Positions 28,361 to 39,625 of a DNA stretch of 64,000 nt are shown in pieces. Under the pieces are notes generated by a model, which did no database searches, was not told the origin of the DNA, and saw only the letters and a program-made list of their open reading frames with translations. The translations under genes were made by a program, and so were the position numbers. The stretch comes from Octopus vulgaris (lineage: Eukaryota). Every line of letters starts with the position of its first letter. Positions within the stretch are counted from its first letter, which is position 1. The DNA lies in NCBI GenBank assembly GCA_951406725.2, contig OX597816.1, positions 147,250,001-147,314,000 of the forward strand, given 5' to 3'.

Positions 28361-29727
28361 ATAGATAGATAGATAGATAGTTAAAATTTACGGATAATTT
28401 ACTGCCAACCTGTACAGGGCGTTGCTAGTCTAAAGTAGGACATTATTACCGATATTAATCAATATATCTATGGATTAGCATATTACTCGGTGGTTCCTCC
28501 TACGTTAAAACGCAAGTAATGTAGTTTAATAAACTACAAGACTATTCATCAAAATACACTACGAAGTATGAATATTATTATTATTATCAAAATACAATAT
28601 AATTTTCATGCAAATACATATTTCTATTGATTCTTCAATGTCGAAAGAGAATAAAATAAAACATTTATATGTGTGTGTATAGTTGATTTAACAGCTGCAT
28701 CGATTGACAAGAGAGACGACAAATAAGAAGTTATTTGATTTAATTGGAATTCTGTTGGCATAGTAGGAATTACTATTGTAAAATTAGAAGTTTTAATATT
28801 ATGATCTTGTTTTGTTTGGAACAGTCATGTGAGGCTAATCAGAATTTTAGCTGATCTCACATATTAGTGAAAAGGCGTTGTGAATGTTTGTTTATTTTTA
28901 TCAAGTATTTCATTTTACGTCTGGCAAGATTTTCTACGACGGTAATCAGTTTTCAATAACCTTAGTTCGATATCTACTGGGAAAATGCGGGTGGAAAGTA
29001 TCACTGAGGGTTGTTATTTTCATAGTTGCGTAAACGTGAAGTATTTAGAACGGACATGGGTGGTGGAACGCACTAGCCAACATTAAGAGAAGAGAGAAGT
29101 AAGCTGGGTGGATCTTAATAGAAATTATATGCAGTTAGGCCATTTGAGTTGAGTGCAAGCTGTTGTAAGGAAAGAAAAATATCCAGGGATGATAATCAGC
29201 TCATATTTGAATAAATAATTACAGTGTGCTGGTGAATGAAATACTTTCCATAAAGGTATGTGTTATTCTGTCTTTTTCGTTCCCTCCTGTATATTTGACA
29301 AACAATCTATTTAAATATTACCATACGCATACCTGGATTTGAAGAGGATAAAAAGCAATACTCGTAGTCCAAAAATATATTAAACTGATCGATATACATG
29401 TTCAGACACAAACCAAACTAGTATTAAGATGATTATATTTATGAAGGTTGACTAAATGTACAACAATCTGCGTATACCAGAAAGGAAAAGTTTGTCATTT
29501 ATGTATATATATAGATATATTCATCCCTATATATATGTGTGTGCGTATGTGTGTGAGTACCTCTGAATGTATGTGTGTGAGTGAATGCTATACTTGCATT
29601 ATACACTTACATCATGAATTTTTGAATATACATATGTATTCGTAGAACAACAGGAAATTACCTTATTAACATACCTTACGCTAATGAGATACTGCCAGAA
29701 GATGATAGTAAAATACATCCATACACG

Positions 29728-29774
<47 letters not shown>

Positions 29775-30107
29775 ACATATATATACATACATATAATAAC
29801 AGCGAGAAAAATAGAAATACTTCAAGACATGAATACGTTTCCTGTAATAATTAATTTAATGAACATCCTACAGTTTATAAGAGAATAATATCCAAATATT
29901 ATACGCATTCTTGGGTACATTTGTGTTATTATCAGAAGCAATGCGTTTAATTTCCTGATACTAATACGCTTAATGTAAGGTTCGTATTGTCTGGTGTTAG
30001 TTATTTGGAGATAGTACATTATCGCACGAAGATTTCAAAGAAACAGTTAAATTTATTGTCTTACAACAAATTAAAAATGCATTCAGCGTACGTAATGTAT
30101 GTATACC

Positions 30108-30336
30108 TATTTCTTTATTACCCACAAGGGGCTAAACACAGAGGGGACAAACAAGGACACATAGGTATTAAGTCGATTACATCGACCCCAGTGCGTAACT
30201 GGTACTTAATTTATCGACCCCGAAAGGATGAAAGGCAAAGTCGACCTCGGCGGAATTCGAACTCACAACGTAACGCAGACGAAATACCGCTAAGCATTTC
30301 GCCCGGCGTGCTAACATTTCTGCCAGCTCGCCGCCT
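30108..30336 (-). mobile_element. tRNA-derived SINE family C
   Basis: Minus strand ggcggcgagctggcagaa...GAGTTCGAATTCC (B box)...gcctttcatcctttcggggtcgataaa; highly similar to 36931-37161. Confidence 0.9.
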
Positions 30337-31901
30337 TGACAGGCGGACTATATTTTGTTTTCCTCCATGATAACATTTCGTATGGACGTTCTGCATTTTG
30401 AACAACAGAGTTAGATGAAAATCAACCCAGTAGCAACTAGCAAGAAGATCATATGTATGCGTTATTGTTGGGCCTTCTCCGCGACGTGTAGGTGGGTGTC
30501 CACGACAAACCAGATGTGTAGACTAGATCTGTCACCTCCGGTTCAGAGCAAACCCAGAAGAGAAAGAACATGTCACTGAATTGCTCGCCAATATCAACGA
30601 AAGAACTTTGAATAACAAACTATTGATTGTTTAAGCAACACATTAAACAAATGATCGTTTAGCTAGCTAGTTAGATATTTAACCAACTGATTCGCAATAA
30701 AGAAGTGATACTGAACTAGTGCGTGTGTTCTTATTGGCGTAATGACATCCCAAAACAGAACAAGGGAATAATACATTCACTAGTATTGCGAAAATCTGCT
30801 AGGCTGAATAAATATATTATATACAAATGAAGAAATGGTAAATCAAAACAAAAATCACTTATGTATCATACCTAATTTATACATATTGTTGACAGGCAAC
30901 GAACTGTGGTTTTCGTCCGATATAAAACCAGCTGTTGGGTATGTGGCAGGCTATATCTCGAGTTTTTAAATAATAGTTTAGAGGGGCAATAATAAATCTC
31001 TGAACGAGTTGTAAACAGTAAGCGCTAGACAATGTAAAGTATACTAGCCATCTCAATATGGCTAAGAACTAGGGGTGAGTGTTACTGTAGCTTTTTAGCC
31101 CAAGGAGATCATCGTCTCCAGCTGGCTTTAGACACAATTTCTGTTTACATCTCGTTCAGAGATTTATTATTGTTTTCAGACCGTTTTTCGAAATCAGTGA
31201 CAGTAGTTACTGGGAAAAACATTAAATAGATATTCGCAAACAGATCTCTCCTCATCGAAAACCGGTGATTACCGTGTGTTGACAAGAGACAATAATCTCG
31301 AAACTTTAAGTTTAGAGGGGATATTCTAGAAATCTAGATAGCACTGACCGACCTCGTCTAAAAGAAATGTAATCAAGAGTAGCCTCGTTTTAACCAATAC
31401 CTGTCAACAGTCATACCTACATGAAACGTCCGTTGCGTGTGTAGGTATGTGCGTGTTCGTGTGTTTACGTATATATTGTTACCAACTGAAACATAACACA
31501 TGAGAGAGAGTGGGTGTTACATTCATATACATCTCAGTTATTTGTGATATGAGGACTGCTCTTTGTCCATGGTTCCCCTGCCATAAACTGTCTAAAACAA
31601 ATAGATGAGGTAAAAGTGGTAACTTATTCTTCCCTCAAAATGTAACAGGTAGTTAACAGAAGTGCCGAATAACCACTCTGATCTTTTTGAATATGTGAAA
31701 AAATCAAATGTTCGAAATTGAATAATCTTATTTAAGTTCGAATCACTGAAAATGAATATTATTATTGACAGTATTTAATAACAAACAGCACTTCGTCAAA
31801 ATATATCTATAGTGGTGAAGTGTTTATGTATGCACACATATATTCATATACATATATATGTGTCTAAATACGTGTGTGTGTGCGTATGTCACTATATATA
31901 T

Positions 31902-32240
31902 AGGAGGAGACCCTATTGGGCCATGAATGACCATGGGATTGAACCTAGAAAGTTACCCTCCCAGGCACAAGACCGAGCAAGGTTGTTTATAGACGGCCAG
32001 CAGTCGTCCATGCATACTGGCCTCCCCTCGCCACAACACTGATGATATCCAAGAGAAAGGCAAAGGCCGATACAGCTTGGCACCTGCGACGTCGCAACTC
32101 ATTTCTACAGCTGAGTGAACTAAAGTAACGTGAAATAAAGTGTCTTGCTCAAGAACACAACACGCAGCCCGGTCCGGGAATCGAACTCACAACCTCACGA
32201 TCGTAAGCTCGACGCCCCAACCACTGAGAGATGCACCTTC
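31902..32240 (-). mobile_element. tRNA-derived SINE family D
   Basis: Minus-strand head ctcagtggttgg...GAGTTCGATTCCC (B box), then gtgttcttgagcaagacacttta. Possible TSD tcactatat at 31889 and 32239. Confidence 0.75.
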
Positions 32241-32368
32241 ACTATATGTATATGATGTATATGTGTGTGTATGTTTGTGTGGGTGCGTATAATTTTTAAA
32301 GACAACTAACGCTAAGGCAAGACATACATATCAAGTCATATACGTCATTATTATTGGTAAAATATAGA

Positions 32369-32424
32369 GTCTTACAGCTGTTTCTGGAATATACCAAAAT
32401 ATGGGATATTCAGTCATCAGAGAC
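32369..32424 (-). ncRNA. Type-I hammerhead ribozyme motif with canonical core
   Basis: Minus strand reads gtct CTGATGA ctgaatatcccatattttggtatattcca GAAAC agct GTA agac. Stem I gtct/agac, long stem II, palindromic stem III ACAGCTGT, GUA triplet. Confidence 0.85.
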
Positions 32425-32825
32425 AAATAGGGTAAATGTGAAGAGTATAGATGAAGGAAATGTTGAAATAAAGGACTGGAGAAAAGGAATAAAGAAATGA
32501 AGAACAAGAAGAAAGAAGCATAAAGTTCACAGTCCAACTTTAGAGTAGCTGTTAGACCATTAGTCTTTAGAACAATCCTATGTAAATCCATGTATGTTTA
32601 TAGCCTTCATAGTGTCAATATCCAGACATAAACGCGTTCATATCGATGGTTTGTAAGAGGATGATAGAAGTGGCTATTGGGGGATAAAGAGAAGGAAAAA
32701 TAAATAGAGAGCAAGGTATTGGTAAGGAAGCTAGAGGCACAGAGAGAGGAGGAGGATTGCAAGGATTAGTACGGAGGATAAAATAAGGTATATAAAAATA
32801 TAATGTACAAAAATAAACAAGAATA

Positions 32826-32996
32826 GGCGCAGTAGTGGCTGTGTGGTAAGTAGCTTGCTTACCAACCACATGGTTCCGGGTTCAGTCCCACTGCGTGGCA
32901 TCTTGGGTAAGTGTCTTCTACTATAGCCTCGGGCCGACCAAAGCCTTGTGAGTGGATTTGGTAGACGGAAACTGAAAGAAGCCCGTCGTATATATG

Positions 32997-33037
<41 letters not shown>

Positions 33038-33245
33038 CTGTGTTTGTCCCCCTAGCATTGCTTGACAACCGATGCTGGTGTGTTTACATCCCCGTCACTT
33101 AGCGGTACGGCAAAAAAGACCGATATAATAAGTACTAGGCTTACAAAGAATAAGTCCTGGGGTCGATTTGCTCGACTAAAGGTGGTGCTCCAGCATGGCC
33201 GCAGTCAAATGACTGAAACAAGTAAAAGAGAGTAAAAGAGAGAGT
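32826..33245 (+). mobile_element. tRNA-derived SINE family A, well-preserved full-length copy
   Basis: A-box-like TGGCTGTGTGG, B-box-like GGTTCAGTCCC, internal (TA)n, 3' tail of repeated gtaaaagaga. Confidence 0.9.
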
Positions 33246-33859
33246 AAGAAGATAAATAAATATATACGGGTAAATAAGAAGAGATGAGGAGGCAAAGGAG
33301 AGCGTAAAAAATACAATATAAATAAAATGAAAGGGATTCAAAGAGAATAATGAATGCCAGTGATGTTCTAGTTTGTAGGGGCTGGGGCAGGAAGTCAAGT
33401 AGTAAGTTTTTGCGTCCGTTTTATGGCTAAGGTCAGTGGCCATAGAAATATTTCTAGCTATGGGTGTATGAGTGAGTAGGCGGGCATGAATGGAGAAACC
33501 AGTTGAATGTTAAATTAGTTAGGGATAAAGGTTACAAAATAAGGATTAGGGGATCTAATAGTTTAAGGTTAAAAAAAAAAATTAAAGGATTAACAGTTAT
33601 CTTCTAAGATAGTAAGGTTGATAGAAAAGATATACAAGGGTCTGTAATAACGACCATGGAGGTTTGAGAGTGTTATGTGGGGCGTGGGGGAGGTTTACAC
33701 TTGAATTTATGGAAGAATCTAAAAGGGCGGAAGAATCTGGTTACACGTTGTGAAGGCTTGGTTGTGTTTGTTGAGTAATTGTGGTGAGATATGGGTTAAA
33801 CTTTTAAGGGATTCTTTTAGGCAGAAAAGAAGCCCTTATGCTTCACATTTTCCCTATTT

Positions 33860-33915
33860 GTCTCCGATGATGGAATATCCCATATTTTGGGATAACCCAC
33901 AAACAGCTGTAGGAC
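33860..33915 (+). ncRNA. Hammerhead motif, degenerate (U4C, G12C); inverted partner of 32369-32424
   Basis: gtct CCGATGA tggaatatcccatattttgggataaccca CAAAC agct GTA ggac. Confidence 0.65.
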
Positions 33916-34154
33916 TCTATATTTTTTCAATAATAATAACGTATATAAATTGAGATATTTGTCTTGACTTAGCGTTTGTTTCCTCTTTAACAATTGTATA
34001 TCGGCTATATCGGTAATCTACAATGGTTCCATGACTCTCGTCTCGGCCATGAGCTTGGAGCCCTGGTAATCCGTTACAGCATTCACTCAGTGTACCTAGT
34101 CGCTAAGATCACTTGTGAACTAAACCTCCATATATATATATATATATATATATA

Positions 34155-34511
34155 CTAGCAGTATCGCCCGGCGTTGCTCAGGTTTGTAAGGGAAATAACT
34201 ATAAAGCATTTTTAGAGAGTTATAGCCAAAAAATAGCAAAAAAATGGAAGACAATGATGGTAAATTTTTTTTTAGTTAAAAAAGGTGGAGTTGCGGTTTG
34301 TGTTTCTGATTGTCGACCCCATGTCGAATTTATCGATTTTTTTCAGAACTGGGGGAACTTTTCAAAATTTTCGCTGCGTTAGTTTTGAATTATGACATTG
34401 GGCTATGTGTGTGTCAAGTTTCATCAGAATCGGTTGAAAGCCGTGGTCAGGGTGAGGGTACAAGCAAACAGACACACAGAAACACGCACAGACAAACTGC
34501 CGTTTATATAG

Positions 34512-34512
<1 letters not shown>
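34155..34512 (-). mobile_element. Non-autonomous Helitron, third variant
   Basis: The first about 65 bp nearly match 16185-16253 (ctagcagtatcgcccggcgttgctc.ggtttgtaagggaaataactata...gcatttttagagagtta), then diverge. Ends tttatataga (TC on minus). Lies within (TA)n. Confidence 0.8.
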
Positions 34513-34554
<42 letters not shown>

Positions 34555-34958
34555 CGTATGTTTGTGTGTCTATCCATCCTTCTCCGCCCGCTATACTTAG
34601 GAGGACCTTTCGAGTAGAGTTCACAAGGACTTTCTCCATATTGTCCTATCAGAAGCAAGCTTCATTTGACTTCTCAAACCTATAAGCTTATTCCCTCCTG
34701 AACTAAATTCAGGTTTCATGACATTCTTTCTTTGTGCTCCCAATCCACGCCCCACAGAACCATTGCAGACCTATTGCTGGTTTTACCAGAACCAAGTGGA
34801 AACTGCAATATATTTTTCGAACGGTCTCCTCTACTTAAGATCTGAATGCGCCCCTTGTCAAGCTGCACGACAGGCGAGGCAATTTGCCGTAGATTTGGAC
34901 TCCTTTTATAGTGCAGGTTTTAGATGTCATATTTGCGCCAGGCACAAAGCTGATTTGT

Positions 34959-34999
<41 letters not shown>

Positions 35000-35763
35000 C
35001 ACTCGCGCGCGCACACATATACGCACACACACAAACACACACATAGAGAAATAAAGACATCTATAAAACGAATTGCGAATAAAGCATCCAAATTCAAACA
35101 GCTACATAGACTTTCGGCTTAAGCATAAATGTAAAACAAAAAAGATTAAAATCGCTTTGATTTATTAGAATTTACGATACGACACTTCGCATAAATGAAA
35201 ACTTAAAAGAAAGCTTTATAGTAGACACATAGATTAGTCAAATGTGAGGAAAGAATTTGAACCTGATTTCTTGATTCACGAGCACTGGGAATATCTGAGT
35301 CGACTTTAAACATTCTGCTTCATAATTAAAACGTAAATTCATAATTTATACAGAGCAAATTAAAACTCTTCAGGCGCCGATATTTTGTCTTTACGTTCAA
35401 ATACATGAACCTATGTCCGTGTATATTATACAAATCAGCACTTAGTAACTGAAGATTTCTCTTTGAATGAGATTCAGAATTTGTATATGAAATCACTATT
35501 AATTTATAATGATTTCTCCATATTCTTCCACTACAGCACCGGGAAAGGTGAGACGCTGTTCTCATATCGTAGATAAATCGTTGTTGACAGGATTGCATAA
35601 TATCAAATATTTATGAGATTTTTGAACAATATTAGACATTACGTTATTATGCTGGAATTCGTTTTACCAAATTAAACTTCCCCTTCAAGTTTATAAAACA
35701 TTTCATACCGAATATATAAATAATTTAACGTCCTTTAAAAATAAATACGCTCACAACTAGCAG

Positions 35764-35808
<45 letters not shown>

Positions 35809-36009
35809 AACACACACAAACACACACAAACACACACACAAACACACACATATGGGAAACGCACACACAAACAATCAAGTAGAGTTATATATATTTTTTC
35901 TTTTATGCTCTATTTATTCTCAATGAGTTGCAACCATGCTAGAACCTTAACCTTGCAACAAGAAAAATCCTAGTCCTTATCTTGTTTAATATTCTGCTTA
36001 TTCTATTGA

Positions 36010-36250
36010 TCCTTTACCGAAACTCAATGGTACGAGGACGTAAACAAACCACCATCGTGTGTCTATCGGTGGAAGAGACAAACACAGATAGAACGACACA
36101 CACAAATATATATATATTCATGACGAGTTCCACATAATTTCCGTCTACCAAAGTTACCGATAGGAATGGTTCTACTTGGGCATATAGTAGAAAATACTCA
36201 TCCAAAATGCCGTACAGTAGGACCGGACCCAAGAACATGTGGTTGAAATG
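36010..36250 (-). mobile_element. Degenerate SINE-A
   Basis: ttccgtctaccaaa...aagaacatgtggttg matches the reverse complement of the SINE-A body and head. Confidence 0.6.
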
Positions 36251-36930
36251 CAGCTTCTATAAGACACCGAAGCATAAATACACTCATAAATGTCTTCTTA
36301 TTTTATCTTCCCTGGTGCATTCGGTGCCCATGTCCTAATTCAATAGATTTAGCCAGTATACAGATAAGATTATATATAAGGTGCCAACCTTGAAAAATCG
36401 TTCCAGCATCGGTATTTCTTCAGGTACATTTCATTTTTAGTTCAAATTCCTGTTAGATCGAGTAGGAAAATTAAATGTGAAGTACATCTAACACGTTCAC
36501 CTCAAAATTACTGGCCTTGTGTCTGAATCAGAAACCGTTTTTATGTATGAGTATACGGAATTATGTGACTGGGTGTGTATGTATCAGACAGTAATATATT
36601 TGCACATAGATTAACTTCGAAATATGGTAATCATTGAAACTTGACAAATATTCATACGTAACACACATGATATCAGATTCACAAAAGAATAGTTTATATA
36701 TCTGTCATAGAAGATTTGAAGAGCTAGATATCTACAGAACACGCTAATAATTGGTAAATATATTGCTGTTGTCATCACTATTTTTGCTGTGTCTTTCTTA
36801 TGTTTGTCGAGGTTACTGTTGATGTACTTGGTGAAGTAACTGTAGTTTGTCGTTGTTGCTGATGTTCATTTGCAGAATATCTGCCACGAACGAACCAACC
36901 GATGATAACCGATCATATCTTCCTGATACC

Positions 36931-37161
36931 TATTTCTTTACTACCCACAAGAGGCTAAACACAGAGAGGACAAAAAAAGGACAGACACACGGATTAAGTC
37001 GATTATATCGACCCCAGTACGTAACTGGTATTTATTTAATCGACCCCGAAAGGATGAAAGGCAAAGTCGACCTCGGCGGAATTTGAACTCAGAACGTAGT
37101 GGCAGACGAAATACTGCTAAGCATTTCGCCCGGCGTTGCTAACGTTTCTGCCAGCTCGCCT
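36931..37161 (-). mobile_element. SINE-C with a 16-bp target-site duplication
   Basis: atatcttcctgatacc occurs at 36915-36930 and 37162-37177; B box GAGTTCAAATTCC on minus. Confidence 0.92.
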
Positions 37162-37594
37162 ATATCTTCCTGATACCAACCGATGATACCTTCCAGTAAT
37201 GCACTTTCTACGATTTAGCCTATCGTAGGACTGCATAGTCAAGTGTTCGTGATTTGATTGGAGTTAATATGGGGGAGACTTTGCTAACATTTCTAGCAAC
37301 TTGAACATCCAAAGTAGAGGGTCGTTTGCTGATGAGTTTTCAAATATGTGTCTTTGCATTAGTGTATATTAGGAAGCCGTCAGCAACTTCAAGTATTGTC
37401 GAGATCTTGTATAAGAGCCAATACTACCATATTATAATTCAACTGGAAAATGATATAAATATTGAGGTTAATAAATCAAATCGCGAGGTATCGAAACGTG
37501 AGTAAAATGATTACAACCTTTTTCAATTACTTGGAATTGGAAGAGGTTTTTCCTCGTGAACGATCGTGAAAATAATGGAAATCGCATGTGTGCG

Positions 37595-37628
<34 letters not shown>

Positions 37629-38501
37629 GTGTGTGTGTGTGTGAGTGTGTGTGTGTGTGCGTATTTGTATATGTATATGTAGATAAGATTGATAGATACA
37701 TAGATAGATATGTGTGTGCGTGTGTGTTTGGATATTTGTCTTCGTGTAGGTGTGCATGCATATATATAAGTATGCAAGTATGTATAGCATGAATGTATAT
37801 GCATATATGTGTGTTTGTGTGTATGTGTGTGTGCGTGTGTGTGTGTGTGCGTGTGTGTGTGTTTGAGTTTGTATGTATATGTATAGATAAAGTGGATTTA
37901 CTTTATTATTGAATGCTAAGACATTCAGTGAATCACGTTAATGCTTTTCTGTCTTAGCAGTGCCAGTCCATTAGTTCAGGCCGAAACCAAGCAGTACAAA
38001 TTAGGTGGATGGATTGTAGAGAATTGTTTGTGCAGTGAGGACGAAAATGATATATCCTTATGCGCCCTCAAATTATCTACCATATTGTGCTATATGCTCA
38101 TAATCGGAAATTATTCTACGATTACGAAGATAAATATTTCTGTTATGAAATTAAATTAGCTATAGCATTTAGAATCATGATGTGCGTAATACTGTTACAT
38201 TTTCAGTACGCTACACTTGGATATTATTAAAAGCCTTGCAATTTTCTTACATCTAATTCAAATCAATCCACAACTGTAATATGTGCGGATTCACGGTAAC
38301 GTAAACACATACAAGCATCCACATTAATATATGAATATATAAGTGAGTGTATGTTTTTGTGAGTAAATTTCCATATAACACACACACACACACATACACA
38401 CACACACACATATCTATCTATATATATATATATATGAGAATTTCTTTGCGTAATGAGATAAAAAACCAAGGCAGTGTAGATATAAGAACATTTATATATA
38501 G

Positions 38502-38553
38502 GTCTTACAGCAGTTTCCAGGATATTTATTAATTATATCCCTTCATCGGAGAC
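38502..38553 (-). ncRNA. Type-I hammerhead motif, U4C core variant
   Basis: Minus strand reads gtct CCGATGA agggatataattaataaatatcctg GAAAC tgct GTA agac. Stem II ggatat/atatcc. Same architecture as 32369 but a different stem II sequence. Confidence 0.7.
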
Positions 38554-38585
38554 AGTGTGAGAGGATGGTTAAGTCATAATTAGCT

Positions 38586-38635
<50 letters not shown>

Positions 38636-38639
<4 letters not shown>

Positions 38640-39192
38640 TTCGGAACCTCCTTCACATCCGCTGGCAGGACAAAGTCCCAGACACGGAAGTTCTGAAGCA
38701 GGCAGATCTCCCTACCACTCTCACGATCATGCGCAAGGCCCAGCTGAGATGGGCAGGCCACATCTCCCGCATGTCCGACACTCGCATCCCAAAACATCTC
38801 TTCTACGGTGAACTCAGCCAGGGCAAACGCAAAGTCGGAGGGCAGAAGAAGCGCTTCAAGGACAGTCTCAAAGTCTCTCTCAAAGACTTCTCCATCGGTA
38901 CAGAGACTTGGGAGACACTTGCTGCCGACCACTCATCCTGGCGCAGTGCAATCACCACAGGAGCAAAGACAGCCGAGGAGAGACGGATTCAGTCAGCAGA
39001 ACAGAAACGCCAGATGCGGAAAGCCAGAGCCACCTGCACCAATAGCACAGCCCCTACCCACTTCTGCCCCACCTGTGGGAGGGGCTTTCTTGCCCGGATT
39101 GGCCTCACCAGCCACCTCCGGTCTCATAGCAGCAATTCCACCAAATGATGTCAATGGTCATCTTCGAGCCCGAAGGACGAACATTATTATTA
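38636..39192 (+). mobile_element. 5'-truncated RTE-clade LINE: intact ORF C-terminus (stop at 39146-39148), short 3' UTR and (ATT)n tail
   Basis: CLRNLLHIRWQDKVPDTEVL...QLRWAGHISRMSDTRIPKHLFYGEL..GKRKVGGQKKRFKDSLK...W...CPTCGRGFLARIGLTSHLRSH is a typical RTE C-terminus with a C2H2-like motif. The 3' UTR has a hairpin cttcg-agcc-cgaag. Confidence 0.93.
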
Positions 39193-39414
39193 GTGTCACC
39201 GTGGTCACCGTGACCGACCAGGCTATCAGATATTGCCACACATCGCTGGTCATAAATGTTGCAACTCCGCTGCCTAAGCGAGCAGGCCAATATATATATA
39301 TGTATATAGGGGTGCACGTGTGTGTGTGTTCATAGAAAGAAAGAGGGAGAGAGAGAGATGTGTATTTATATGCATGACTAACATTACAAGTGTTTTTTTT
39401 CTGAAGAGATATGC

Positions 39415-39625
39415 ATTGGTTTCAAATTTTGGCACAAGGTCAGCAAGTACGGGGTAAAGAGTAACTCAATTACATCGACCCCACTGCTCAGCTAATACGT
39501 ATTCTAACGATGCCGAAAGAATAAATGGCTGAGTTCAACTTGATGTAATTTGAACATAAAGAGAGCCGACATGTTGTTCAGCATTTTGCTCGGTGTGTTA
39601 ACGATTCTGCTAGATCGTCACCCTA
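39415..39625 (-). mobile_element. Degenerate SINE-C-related copy
   Basis: ttggcacaagg...attacatcgacccca...ccgaaagaataaatggc...aatttgaac...taacgattctgc. Confidence 0.6.

Larger units (their letters stand above)
32288..33995. mobile_element. Penelope-like structure bounded by about 155-bp diverged inverted repeats (32288-32443 / 33841-33995), each with a hammerhead; interrupted by SINE-A
   Basis: The arms align in reverse complement (ccaaaatatgggatattc, gagacaaataggg.aaatgtgaag, aatatagagtc.tacagctgttt), roughly 80% identical by eye. I could not recognise an RT or GIY-YIG ORF inside. Confidence 0.7.

Noticed and set aside
30463-30579. Frame reading YCWAFSATCRWVSTTNQMCRLD..., considered as the CCN TSP1 exon
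   Set aside because: It lacks WSxCSxxCGxG and the correct Cys spacing, ends in a stop, and has no convincing splice sites.
32826-32900. tRNA-like sequences at SINE heads (also near 30260-30336, 32170-32240 and 37080-37161)
   Set aside because: They have A/B boxes but no complete cloverleaf and continue into shared SINE bodies, so they are not tRNA genes.
34600-34950. Possible decayed RTE 3' end on the minus strand (..MKLASDRTIWRK..)
   Set aside because: Only one short motif is recognisable, which is too little to support a feature.
37941-38159. Cys-containing ORF (..IVENCLCSED..) considered as a cystine-knot exon
   Set aside because: Only a CxC matches; the rest of the CCN CT pattern is absent.
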